In this document: positions 1-13,413 of the stretch, piece after piece
Layout of the letters: every line of letters starts with the position of its first letter
Numbering within the stretch: position 1 is the first letter of the stretch
From: Euprymna scolopes
Taxonomy: Eukaryota
Reading direction: 5' to 3' (one strand)
NCBI GenBank assembly: GCA_053919585.1
Contig: CM132786.1
DNA: 64,000 nucleotides
Notes under the pieces: generated by a model
The model's database searches: none
The model's input: the letters and a program-made list of their open reading frames with translations, nothing else
What the model was told of the DNA's origin: nothing
Made by a program: the position numbers and the translations under genes

Positions 1-456
1 TTTATTATGCATTTTTTCTAAGAATGTGAATAGTTTCCATCCAAATTTGTATTTATTAAATATTTTAACAGAATCACCAATTTACTGGACATTCCATTTA
101 TAACCTATTGTTCTTTAAAACTTATCTACAGGGTTCGATTCCCGTTTTATCTGATTTTATTTTCATTTAACTAATTTTCTTTATTTTTATTTACATGAAA
201 AGGGGACAAGCTTTTTCATGTAACAAGAATGTGTCAGGCAAACATACCGTCGCATTAATACCTACTTTGGCTATAAGTAAATTGCTACTTCCCCTTATTT
301 GTAACTTTGGTTGAGTAATTAATTATAATTTTTACAAACATAGTTACGTTTTTGTAGGTAATTAGTTCATATATATTTTATTTAAACCTGCGGAATTAAC
401 TGGATTTTCTCGCTGTATCTATTCTTTCCGACTTTCTCTCCTTATCTTTCTCTCTC

Positions 457-488
<32 letters not shown>

Positions 489-1589
489 GCTTCGAAGGCA
501 AAACAACAAGCATTAATTTCCTCTCGCTTTATTGCTCGCTCACCTAACAATTTACGATTTTCGTTAGCAAATTTTTAAGCTTTTCTAAAATCAAAAATAC
601 AAAACTTCTCTTGGGCAAAAATAAATATATAAATAAATAAATATGGAAAAAATCTTTAAAAAAATTAAAACTGTACTTAGATCCTAGGATTTACGGATAA
701 AAATAAAACCTTCATGTTTTCTTGAAAAAAAATGTTGATAAAAACTTTGAAAAAATATTGATAAAAATAAACAAAACATTTATATGCAGTTATTATATGG
801 TAGGCTTTTCTTATTTTTATTTAGTGTATTTCCATTTTTCAGTGTATTTGTTTGTTTTGAAATTAGTTTGCGGGTGTTTCTGAGTTCGGTTAAATCTGAT
901 AATTGCCGTTCGCGTCCGATCAATGATTGCCAAATTGTCACGAGAATTCGGGACACATTCTGTAAATTAAACTGTAAATATTTTTCATTTTTGTTTCCGT
1001 AACTCAAGCGACAGACATTCACGCATGTTTGAAAGTATGGGTCTGGTTTCAGTCACAATTACCGATTTTACACCGAATATCTACGCAACGGTTTTAACGT
1101 AAATTTCATTGCACATATAATTGCATTCGTTGGATTATTTTATTTAAATTTCTTTTCCGGTCTGGTCATCGAGATTGCGCACACGTTAAGCTTTTTCGTG
1201 AGGCGAAAATTTAAACATTAGTTTCACTTCCACAAATTCCTTTAGAAGGACTACTTTTAAAAGTTTGCGACTATGCTGATAAAGATAATCTAATTCAAAT
1301 TTTGCGGTACTTGTAGAGATATCAAGGCCTGCATTATGTATTATAATTCATTGGTTGCTAGGTTTGTACGCAAGCGTTATAAACAAATCTAGTTCTCTTT
1401 TACCGACACTCCCACCCATAATTTTTCTGAAGCTTTTTCGGGTGAGTATGCTGAAAACTATTATCACGGTTAAGTTTGGGGCAATTACTTTCCCATATTC
1501 TCCCCCCCAAAAGGTGGTTTAGGGTCGTGCTAGTATATAAAAATGTTAAACCTTAAAACATGGTTGTAAAAACAATGCCTACCATATCC

Positions 1590-2100
1590 CCAACACAACT
1601 AGAATGAACCAACGCCATCAATAAATTCAAATGCCAGCTGGGAAGATAAGACTATCATAACGAAAAAAGTAACTACGCTGGTTACATCGGTTAAACAAAG
1701 ACTACTAGATTCCGTCGCCTTACCATGCATAATGTAAAATCTAGTGTAGTATCACAACATTTATTGAAGTTAAAGACATTTTAATCAGCAATCACACAAA
1801 TAATAAACAATAAAACCAACGTTCAAAACTGAACAAATTTGGCCATAAGCCAGACCTAAATATGGTTACATTCTAATCTAGCCTAAACATTTGAAAATGG
1901 CTATCTTCGCTGGCCCTAGCCTCACGTAAAAATCGAACACTTCCTCCCTCCCGACTGGGTGAAGATAGCCTCGCACGTATCCACCTTCCTACTACTACAA
2001 CAACAATCCGCCTGTCAGCACAACCACCATTATAATTTCTCCTGATGATGTTTGGACGGAAGACGTAAAGCCCCCCCCCAAAAAAAACGCGAGATTATTC
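1590..2100 (+). mobile_element. Decayed 3' fragment of a Penelope-like element (GIY-YIG remnant plus degenerate hammerhead)
   Basis: About 1608-1643 translates as TNAINKFKCQLG. 1671-1730 translates as NYAGYIG*TKTTRFRRLTMH, matching the PLE GIY-YIG pattern YIG.T..T..RRL.MH. CTGATGA lies at 2042-2048, with flanking tctc/gaga. Confidence 0.65.
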
Positions 2101-2312
2101 GAAATTAAAACGCTAATTATGGGGCATTTATTAATACTAATAATAAAATAAAAGGACATCAGCAATAGATTAAATAAAAGGTATAATTAAACAAAAGATC
2201 TCTGTTGAAATAAAGTAATATATTATATATATGTCTGTGTGTGTGTATTAATATACAATAAACTTTAAAATCCTGAAGAATATGAAAACACACACAAATA
2301 CCCGAACACATG

Positions 2313-2369
<57 letters not shown>

Positions 2370-3044
2370 ACATATATACATATATATACGTGTGTGTGCG
2401 GCGTTTCTGTGTGTATGTGTCTAATGTAAGAGTTATTGAAGGTGAATAATATTTTATGTCGAATATATATATATATATATATATATAGTCGATAATATAT
2501 ATATATGTATATATATATATATATGTATCTATGAACGTTAGAAGTCATGAAGAGTGTATGAAGCATAAAACCATGTTGTTTTTATAGATATTTTATTTTA
2601 CACACACAGACATATATATGTGTGCGTGTGTGTGTGTTTGTGTGTGTGCATTGAGAGTATATGTAGATAAGAGGGTGGCAAGATGCAAACCATGTAAAAT
2701 TCTACGACAAATGTGTTATGTGCACGCAGAAGCAAATGTAAAAAATGTTAAAAGAAGGTAAAAAGAAATATCCGAGATAAATGGAGGTCAGAGAATCTTA
2801 AAATTGCGATCACACCTCAGATTAGGGTTTACGTGTGTGGCTATTTGTGTTGCTGTAAGAGTTTAAAATAAAATAACAGAAGTACGTAATTTAAGTCGTT
2901 AAAACGGAATTTTCGGCATTTTCCATAAAATACGATGTTAAAATCTTTTTCGGTCACTTGAGTTTTAACAAGCCTTTTAATCTCGGTATACTGATTTGTG
3001 CTATGAAATAAAGAAGTTATATTCAGCCGATTATTACCACATAA

Positions 3045-3790
3045 TTGTGATGGATGGCTCTCGTCTGGGTGAGGCTCCGTGTTTTGACAAGCTTCTGGGT
3101 TTGACCTTTACTCCTGATCTGAAATGGAACACGTACATCAAGTCTGTTGCCAAGGTCGCTGGAAAGATGGTGGGATCCTTCTACCGCTCCAGAAGATATA
3201 TCACTACTGATGCAATTCTCTATCTATATAAAAGCCAAGTACGTCCAAGGATGGAATACTGTTGCCATATCTGGGCAGGAGCTGCTAAAAACAGTCTATC
3301 CTGCCTTGACAGAGTACAAAATAGACTTCGTGGCTTAGTGGGGGATGCCCTTTTCTCTACCCTGCAACCTCTCTCCCACAGAAGAGACGTTGCGAGCCTT
3401 TCCTTGTTTTATCGTTATTTCCATGGCAGATGCTCGTCTGAACTCCAATCTCTGGTCCCCCCCTCGCCAATCTTTCACGAAAAACACCCGTCTAGCTGAA
3501 TCCACTGTGAAAAATTTCCCCCACTCTATATCTGTGCCTAAATCAAAACGCGGATTCCATGAACAAAGCTTCTTTCTTAGAACTGCATGCCTGTGGCACT
3601 CTGTTCCGTCTGCCTGCTTTGAATGTCTTCAAGTCCAATGTTAACAAATTCCTAATGAACCGCCCCCTTAAGTAAAAACTTCAGCAAATCTCCTCACTAA
3701 CGTAATGTACTTGCAATAATCCTTATCCCTGAGTGGCTTCCGGGCCTTGATAAGTGGTGATCACTGTGTAAAAAAAAAATAAATAAATAA
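3045..3790 (+). mobile_element. 5'-truncated CR1/L2-group LINE (RT C-terminal region, frameshifted) with A-rich tail
   Basis: ORFs 2996-3499 and 3345-3644 contain KLLGLTFT..L.WN, LYLYKSQVRPRMEYCCHIWAG and LQPLSHRR, homologous to the 19465 ORF. A-rich tail at about 3770-3792. Confidence 0.9.
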
Positions 3791-3992
3791 AATGTTGTAC
3801 TAAAACTAATCAGTACACTATGACTTGTATAAGTATTTTGTGAATCAACTATTTTAATGCAGGTTTACTAGAGAATTAGTGCAGGGATTATTTAAGAATA
3901 TCCATGAGCTGCTCCTTATTCATATCATGTAGACATATTATAGGAAATTCTTCGGTCATATTTCTTCATATTTATTTTCATATAATATCTTA

Positions 3993-4033
<41 letters not shown>

Positions 4034-4809
4034 ATCCACATACAGTACTGTTTCGCTGTTTCACGAGCATATGTGCATATATATATGTATATATACACAC
4101 ACATATATATATACATATATATATGTATATATATATATATTGATACATATGCTCGTGTTACCTTAAACATAAAAAATTAAAGACCTCTGATATCTGATTT
4201 GCTCGTTAAGTTGCTTAAATAAAATTGTATAAACAGAAAAATTAAAGCTGTTAAATAACGCATATACTCGGTTTCCTGGTGCTTTTAGACCATGTAGAAT
4301 AAATCAAAGAAGATGAATAGAAAATATCTAGGGCCACATGCGTTATCTATGATATATATAAAAATGTACATATCTGAGCAATACATATAGGACGATGTGT
4401 AGAAATGTGTAGAAAAATGTGTAGAAAAATCTTATATGTTTAATTAACTAATAATCATAGGGATGGTAAGAGTAAATAAGAGTGCAGATATATAACAAAA
4501 TATTTCAAAATACCCGAAAGAGTGGTCAACAACTTATGATCATTTAAGAACAGCGGTACTATTGTGTATTTATGTACGTAAATCTAATAAGCGATTCGGG
4601 GGACTTATTGAAAAAAATGTACCAACGAAGAACATTTTTTATATGTGCGTGTGAATGTGTATTAAACTAACGAATGAAATAACCACACTAACTTTTTACT
4701 TAGAAATAAACTTGTAATTTCCCTTAAAGTATATTAGTATGTTTCCTGAAATTCCGTGATATTGTTTATTGCATTTTTTTGGTTTTTTACAAGTTCGCTG
4801 ACAAACAAG

Positions 4810-4847
<38 letters not shown>

Positions 4848-6110
4848 TTCCATTATATTTACGTTGTATTTATAATACCGAGCAACACTTTATCAAGGAA
4901 CTATGTATTATATTATACCTATATTTATATTATTCTTAAATATATATATGAATACTTAATGGCTAAATTGTGGTGGTAATAGTTTTTGGATGCTATTGGA
5001 TATTTTGTCAAAAAAAATAAAAGAAAAAGGAACACGTTTTAGCAACTAGTGCATAAAGAAATGGAAAACTAGAATCAACGTCTTTGTAAACCGTAAACTT
5101 CAGGACCAGCTGAATGTTCTAAAGAGGCGAAAAAGGCGTTCGTGTTCGGTTGGTTGTCAAAAACAAAATCCAATGTAATGTAAGTACAGTTCAGTAGTAG
5201 TAGACTTTCTTCGTGGAAACAGACAAAAGATTTCACCGAAAATTTCCTTATACATCCCTTCACTATCTATTTGTTTACACATGGTGTCATATATATATAT
5301 TTTACTTTTTTTTTTACTTTTGCATATAGTAAACCTACGTTTACTGGTGTTTATAGTCACCGAGACTAATTTTGTCCCCCAAACCCAACAATAATCTAAT
5401 TAACACCCCTATATATTCTAGTAATCTTTTAATATCGATGATGAAATTTAATTTATTAAAAGGAACATCTGATTCAATGGCCGTCTCATAGATACAGTAG
5501 AATTATCAATAAAAAAAACGTTTCTAATTGTTACAGAAACGACACGAGACAGACTCCCTATTAACCTTCGTCTATCTTAACTATGTAATATAAGCAACTG
5601 ATTTACTAAGCAAATATCACTGGCAGCTCGACAGTATTAGTTTGCATCCAATTCTTGTGTTGTATTTTCTACTAAATCTATGCTATTCTCAGTCCAAAAA
5701 TACGTCTTTCACCCAGCCATAACTTGGTTTTCTAAACGTTGCGCGGATGTCATAGACATTAAATCGTCACGATAAAAAATGAATTGCAGGTATGATTCGC
5801 CAGCATATTTTTCAACGTCAGATTTTTTGGATAATTCATACGGCGCGGCCATCCGTGAACACCAAATAAATAGTCCTGTGTATACTTCCAGATTCATTGT
5901 TGACTTGTTTTATATTTTAGTAAGTCACCCTCGTTATTAAATTCATAAATTCTAGAAGTTATTTATATTAAGCACTTTAAACTTTTTCTTTGTAAGTAAA
6001 AACAGAATGACAACATCAATATATTACCTATGAATAAGCGCCCTGCTAGTATATATATATATATATATATATATAAATATATACATTAAATTTATTTATA
6101 CAAACATTAA

Positions 6111-6174
6111 TGGCTACATATGTGCATACATGTTTCTGTAATCACCCGCGTTGGGGGATTACGTCTTCAGGCCA
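6111..6174 (-). ncRNA. Type I hammerhead ribozyme (inverted repeat copy)
   Basis: Minus strand reads tggc-CTGAAGA-c-gtaatc(ccccaacgcgggt)gattac-a-GAAA-catgtatgcacatatg-TA-gcca. Confidence 0.8.
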
Positions 6175-6374
6175 AGAATTACCGTCGAAAACTGATATTT
6201 CAATCAAAAAACATTTTCCTATTTCGTTTATAAAGTTAGAATGTAACCTAGGTGGGAGTAATAACTCGGTGAGAAGACAAGTGAGGTCTTTGAAGATAAT
6301 AAACATCTTCTATTTTAATTCCCTTTCTCTCTATCCATCCCATCTTTTGGTTTTTATGGCATAAGGTACTTGAG

Positions 6375-8278
6375 CTATTCGAAAAAAATTCCACAAAACT
6401 AAAAATCAATTCCAAAAAAAACTCGACAACATTGTAAGGGAAATCAACAAATCACAGCATATCCTTCTTAAGGCGGATAAGACCAGAAACTTTTATAAAT
6501 TGGACAAGAAGAAATATAATGACCTAGTTCAGAGGAATTTGAAAAAAGACTATCACAAGGTAAAAAATAGCAATATAATTGATTTTATAAATAAGGACAG
6601 TAAAAAAATCACGGATGAATTACAAATCAGTGATAGAGTAAATAAGCTTAGAGAAAACGAAGCGTATATCCTTTTAAAGGATCATAAACCTAGCTTCAAC
6701 ACAAAACCAACAACAAGATTGATCAACCCAACCAGACCCGAAATTGGAAAAATTAATAAAAGAATATTAGAGAAAATCAATCTAGAATTAAAACGGCAAT
6801 TCAACCTGAACCTATGGATAAATACGGCAGATCCTGTAAAATGGTTTCTTAATATTGCCAACAAGAAAAAATGTGCCTTCGTGCAATTTGAAATAATGAA
6901 TTACTACCCGTCAATCACAAAGGATCTCTTTAGAAAAGCAATTGAATTTGCTAAGACCTATACCAATGTCTCCGATGAGGATTTTGATATCATTACGAAA
7001 TGCCGCACAACTGTCCTTGTCTATAACGGAAAACAATGGGCAAAAAATAGGCAAAACGACTTTTTCGGGATATCAATGGGATCGCTGGACTCTGCAGAGG
7101 CAACAGATCTCGTTGGACTTTATATCATTTATAATTTAACAAAAGATAATATTATTGATAGAAGGGATATGGGCTTATATCGTGATGATGGGCTGATAAT
7201 AGTGAGGAATGCTACAAATGTGATCAGATTAGGAGAGCAATCCATAGCGACATGGAAGAATTTGGCCTAAAAGTAGAAGTTAATGCTAGCTTAAAACAGG
7301 TTAATTTCCTTGACGCTACTTTAGATCTTGATTCAAATACTTATAAACCATATATGAAGGATAACGCTAATCCTATTTATATGCACCCACAGTCTAACCA
7401 TCCACCATCCATTATTAAACATATACCGTTATCTATTGAAAGTAGAATAAGTAACAATTCATCTGATGAAGTAACTTTCAATGATTGCAAAGCTATTTAT
7501 AATACAGCACTAAAAATAGTGGGTATAAAGACATAGAAATAAAATATAAAGTAACTAACGCTAGCACAAATGGATCTAGAAATCGTAGTAGGAAAATTAT
7601 TTGGTTCACCCCCTCCCCCTTTAATATTATGTTGAAAACAAAACTTGGTACAAAATTTTTACAACTTATTAACAAGCATTTCCCACCAAATAATATATTA
7701 CATAAAATTTTTAATAAAAATACATTAAAATTAAGTTATAGCTGTAGTGATAACTTGGAAAGGATTATAAAAAAGCATAATAGAAGAATCTTAAGGATGA
7801 CTAATAGAGAAGGTGTAAATACTAGTGCAAACACGGCTGTGAATAAATGTAACTGCCAAAAGCCTGGAGATTGCCCAATAAAAATGAATGTCTGACCTCA
7901 TCAGTAGCATACCAAGCTAGGATAATCCCGGTAGGGAACCCAAGGGACGAAAGATTCTACATAGGGAGTACCCAAATGACTTTCAAAAGTAGATTCTATG
8001 GACATACACGCTCGATGAGTAATCAAACATATGAAAAGGACACTTCCTTATCGTTATATTACTGGAAATTAGTTAGGGAAAATAAAACACCTAGTATAGA
8101 ATTGAAGATTATTAGAAGGGCCAATACTTGCCACTCATTGAACTCACCATGTCCATTATGCTTATCAGAAAAACTTGAGATAACTAGGTTTAAAGATAGG
8201 GATTCATTATTAAATATTAAACAAGAAACTGCTATATCCTGCAAACATTTCAGAATACACGCACTTAAAGAACTCTAA
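6375..8278 (+). pseudogene. PLE reverse transcriptase + GIY-YIG endonuclease, broken into at least four frames
   Basis: Motifs LKADKTRNFY, LKDHKPSF, RLINP, MGSLDSAE, GLYRDDGL, VNFLD, SNHPP, KLSYSC, KCNC..P..CP, FYIGST..FKSRFYGH, CPLCLSEK and SCKH across ORFs 6500-7270, 7252-7536, 7629-7895 and 7871-8278. Confidence 0.93.
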
Positions 8279-9056
8279 ATTAGTAGACCAGAACAACTAT
8301 GAGTACAACTAACCCCCATCAAATAACACCCTCCAAAGAAGATAAGTGAGGTCGCAACTATGATCCTACCCGTATGAATTGCATAAGTCGCTTTATATTC
8401 TACTTCATCAAGCAGTTATAATATTAGTAACCTAAATAAATACCTGTATGAATTTATATTTGAACCAAACGAGTAATAGATTGTTTTGGGTAAACCTCGT
8501 AGTAATGTATGCATGTATGGATATATGATCTTTATATACCTGGGTAGGAAGATTAATTTAATATATAAAAAGAATAAATGAATAAATAGATGAAAGAAAG
8601 TAAGGAATGAAAGGTGAATGAAGGAAAAGGGAATAAAGAAATAAGGGTTAATGAATAAAGATGAAGGTAATTACTACAACATATAAAATTCTATACTCAG
8701 TTTGTATAACCTAAATACTCTGATTTCTGTCATAATACTCTGATTTCTGTGTATATGTATATGTGTATATATGTATTTGTACTTATATANNNNNNNNNNN
8801 NNNNNNNNNNNNNNNNNNNNNNNNNNNNNNNNNNNNNNNNNNNNNNNNNNNNNNNNNNNNNNNNNNNNNNNNNNNNNNNNNNNNNNNNNNNNNNNNNNNN
8901 NNNNNNNNNNNNNNNNNNNNNNNNNNNNNNNNNNNNNNNTATATCCAGTTGGGGTCCACGGGTTTTAGAATATTACTATTAGGATATTACTACGTATGTA
9001 GGTATGGATGTAAACATGTCATAACTGTATATGACCATTATATGTCTATGTATGTC

Positions 9057-9099
<43 letters not shown>

Positions 9100-9138
9100 A
9101 TACGCTGGTGTAGCAGGGTGTAGCCGTTTATAAGTATA

Positions 9139-9179
<41 letters not shown>

Positions 9180-9738
9180 GTACATGTGGAGTTTAGATAA
9201 CATTCGAGGCTTTATGTTTATTCTTATTCTGTTTATTTGTTTTTATTTTTATCTTTTATTAGTATTTTTATTTTTTATTTTTTATTTATTTGTTTTATTT
9301 ACCTTATTTTAATTTTAATTTTATTCTTGCGTAGTTATAGTTATTGCCTAGTTTTAGTGCATGTGCGTGAGTAAAATAAAACGAGCAGCTTCTGAATTTC
9401 TGTATTAACGTGTGTGTGTGTGTTGTGTGTGTGCCTGTATGTGTGTGGATGGCTGTTGATTGAAAAAAAAACGGTCAGTACTCAGTGACCATAGCAAGTG
9501 TTTTTAATTTACAGACTGTAAGACAAAAATACTAAATTCTCAAGTACCTTATGCCATAAAAACCAAAAGATGGGATGGATAGAGAGAAAGGGAATTAAAA
9601 TAGAAGATGTTTATTATCTTCAAAGACCTCACTTGTCTTCTCGCCGAGTTATGACTCCCGCTCAGGTTACATTCTAACTTTATAAACGAAATAGGAAAAT
9701 GTTTTTCGATTGAAATATCAGTTTTCGACGGTAATTCT

Positions 9739-9802
9739 TGGCCTGAAGACGTAATCCCTTAACGCGGGTGATTACAGAAACATGTATGCACATATGTAGC
9801 CA
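9739..9802 (+). ncRNA. Type I hammerhead ribozyme in the PLE 3' terminal repeat
   Basis: Stem I tggc/gcca; CTGAAGA 9743-9749; stem II gtaatc/gattac; GAAA 9777-9780; cleavage triplet GTA 9796-9798; AATAAA at 9817. Confidence 0.82.
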
Positions 9803-9915
9803 TTAATGTTTGTATAAATAAATGTAATATACCTGCTCTGTTTACTCATTGAGCATTCGTTGGAAGACACATGTTGTTTCATTGCATGTACTTCTAGGAA
9901 ACTAAACTCTACTGG

Positions 9916-9965
<50 letters not shown>

Positions 9966-9972
<7 letters not shown>

Positions 9973-10283
9973 GGAAAAATTAAAAGCCAAGAACAATGCG
10001 AGATTTTTTTTTATAGAGTAAAATTAAATGAAAACAAAAGAAATAAATTTATTTTTGTTGTTGTTGTTTGTTTTTTCTTTTTCACACAAATTTTAACTCT
10101 AAACAACAGTAATTTTTTTTCTGTTGTATTCAATGGTGTTATAATCTCAATATATTTCAGACTTATTAGTCCTTTTTCAAACAACAACAAAAAAAAGAAA
10201 TTTCTTTCTTTTGTTTTCATTTAATTTTACTCTATAAAAAAAAAATCTCGCATTGTTCTTGGCTTTTAATTTTTCCTTATAAT
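9966..10283 (-). repeat. Fold-back (about 100-bp inverted arms) enclosing a decayed hammerhead; probable PLE-end remnant
   Basis: About 9966-10067 is the reverse complement of about 10179-10283. Minus strand 10147-10180 reads TTGAAAA-aggact-aata-agtct-GAAA-TATA-TT. Flanked by (TA)n. Confidence 0.65.
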
Positions 10284-10318
10284 TTTCTTCAACAATGCTT
10301 CAAGCAAACTACAACCTA

Positions 10319-10362
<44 letters not shown>

Positions 10363-10875
10363 CGAGACAGAATAAAAGACATATACACAGAAAATACACA
10401 TCATTCTAATAAATATAATTCTTTTAATACTTCGTACTCTGTCAGTAAAATATAAAATAGCAATGTTCATAATATTTTAGTTTTATTTCTTTTATTTTTG
10501 CAAATAAAAATAAATATAACTGGATCCATATATCATTTCGATAAAAATCAAACATCGTTCGGATACGTTAACGTTTACCTCGCAACGTTCCCGATTTATT
10601 GCAGGAATTATTCTAATTACTTGTGATTACGATTATGTGTAATTTAAGGATAACTTTTCTTTCGCAAGGAAAATAGATTCTAAACTACATAATACTATCT
10701 AACAAGGTTTGTATACTAACTATAATGCTTTTAAACTCTAACCATTAAATGAATCTTACAGATTAATTTTTAGAATCATATATTGTATAACCCTATTCCA
10801 TTAAATCTGTTAGGCCAAAATACACTATTTATTTTATTCGCTTCAACTTTAATAGCTAAAATATTCCCTCTTTAT

Positions 10876-11551
10876 GTGACCCAACCAGCTACGGTAAGAG
10901 TTTACTCCAGAGGAGGCGGTTCGCAGAGCTTAATTAAGCTATAGTTGAAGATCGCCTCAAAAGGGGACCGACCAAAGAGAAAAGAGACTTTTTTTTTTAT
11001 TTATTTTACTTGCTGATCCGGAGAACAACATTATTTTAGCAGATGTTTAGTGTCGAACTTGACCCCGGGGGTCAGACGAGGTCCTTGGGTGCGTGAGACG
11101 ATTATCGATGAGAGAATCATTGTTCGTGGAATATTATATGATCTGGATGTGGGAGAAAAGTAGCTGATTAGCGATTAGGACGAACCAAGGTGCGATACAC
11201 TGGACAATTATTGGTAAGCTGGAACAACCAGGCGTGTTCCTACCCGGCATACATAAGCCAGTACAGAGCAGGAAAATGTAAATTTCTGCAGAGTTTGCAG
11301 AGAGTGTTTGCAGAGAGTCTGGAGTGAGTTGACTCGGGGAAACTGTCAACAGTTCACTACGCCGTCATTTGATAAGCACTCATCTTTTGACATATTGAAA
11401 CAAGAAAACGCTTATTGAGAAAACCGACTAAGACCATGGTCGTTGACTGTTTCAACAGACCAGAAGAAAAAATTCTCCTGTGAAACACTGTACGTACTTA
11501 ATGATTTTATTCTTTCGTTTTGTGAATAATTAATTTTATACGATAACTACA
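10876..11551 (+). mobile_element. Possible solo LTR
   Basis: GC-richer block starting TGTGAC and ending AACTACA, with internal cagag(a)gt repeats. No target-site duplication found. Confidence 0.3.
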
Positions 11552-11561
11552 AGCAGACTCG

Positions 11562-11590
11562 ATTATTATTATTATTATTATTAATATTAA

Positions 11591-11645
<55 letters not shown>
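11562..11645. repeat. (ATT)n microsatellite
   Basis: Read directly from the sequence. Confidence 0.95.
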
Positions 11646-11869
11646 GTGCTTACTTACACGTGAACTTAAAAGAAAGAAACAACCAATTGAATGAGCTTTC
11701 TTTTCAGCACAGGAAAAATGATAGAATGGATAATTCACTACCGCACGTAACATAATATAAACACCATCTTCGTGAAAGCGACAGGAGCTGATTCAGAGAA
11801 GTTTGTGGGGTTCTTACCAACCTTGAAGTACACATCATAGGTGTTCTCGCCAACTGTTGGTCGAGAATG

Positions 11870-11934
<65 letters not shown>

Positions 11935-13413
11935 GATGCTTCTGTAGTTCCAACGAGAGAAAAAAATGTATATTTAAAAGAGTGTAGCCATCAACAATTG
12001 TGGGTTTTTTAAAGGTTTTCATCATATTTTTATTTTAAAATATTTTTATAACGCGTACTGACATTAGGGTGTGCTCTCTTCAGATGTTTTCGTAATAAGT
12101 TTTTCTTTAAAATGGGAGTTTGGAAAGTTATTTTTACCTCCGCTGATACTAAATGTGTTTTTCAGAGTTATGTGTGGTCTCAGACATTATGTCTCCAACC
12201 GTAAGTGTTCAAAGTTTCCGGTCAAAGTTAGATTCAAAGAGGGCGCTTTTCGTCCATTTGGTGAAGGTTTTTATGTTTTTTTAGGGTTTTTTAAGGACTT
12301 TCTTTCCCCATGTACAGCACACACTCACACACAATCACACACGCTTACATATGTATACATGTACATGTACACATGCACACGCATGTAGGCACACACACAT
12401 ACACACACGCATATACATAGAAATATATGCAGGAGCATACATATATACATACCCACCTACACACTCACACTCACACATCCACCACTAACATGTCAGGCAC
12501 AAATTGTTAATTATTTTTATTTATTTATTTTTATTTTATTTTTTATATTTTTATTTTTTTTATTTTATTTTTCCCCAACCAAAACTCGCATGTATATATG
12601 CGCTTAATCATTCAGACATAAGTACACGCACACACACACACACACAAGTAAGATGGAGAACAGGTAGGAGGAGATACATATACACATTCATACGTACATA
12701 CACATATATATACACATACATTTATGTGCATACACACTCACAAATATCCACATGCTATGTAGGCACATGCACATACACACACACATGCACACACATAGAG
12801 AGATATATGCAGGGGCTCACACATACGCATATATCCATATCCACACGAACACATTTACCCACTTATACATATGCATACATATGTATATACATACACACAC
12901 ATACAGATGCGTATACATTCATCCACTCATATATATATATGGACACATGCACCCACAATCACACATGCACATACATATTCATGCATCGCACCTTATGTAT
13001 ATATTTGTTGAAGTGTTATTTCTTTTCTAATCCAAGCACATATGCATACATGTGTTCGGTCACCCAAACATAAGTGCACATACACACACAAACAAGATGG
13101 ATCATAGATAACAGATGATATATATATACACACACACGCATACACAATCATATGTATACACTCACATACACACACATACATACATGCACACATGTGCGAA
13201 CATGTGCGAACATACATTTCTAATTGTTTGTTTAGAGAAATGGTACTGTACCGGGTATGGACGCGCGCACCCGTGAAAGTGTGCGCGTGCTTTATTGTGC
13301 TTCTTTTGTTTCGTGTGTGAGGGTGCACATTTACCCCAGTATGCATGCATGTAAGTGTATTCTGTGTTCTGCCTATTTATGTGTATAATTATGGAGAGAT
13401 GTTTAAGGCGGGG

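Larger units (their letters stand above)
6091..9822 (+). mobile_element. Penelope-like element (Naiad-like), 5'-truncated, with an inverted copy of its 3' terminal repeat
   Basis: Frameshifted RT + GIY-YIG coding region at about 6375-8278. 6091-6374 is the reverse complement of 9539-9822 (about 284 bp). The left end abuts (TA)n. Confidence 0.92.

Noticed and set aside
7840-8278. Selenocysteine recoding in the Naiad-like PLE (some Naiads use in-frame UGA)
   Set aside because: All conserved Cys positions checked are TGT/TGC, and the ORF breaks are frameshifts rather than UGA codons.
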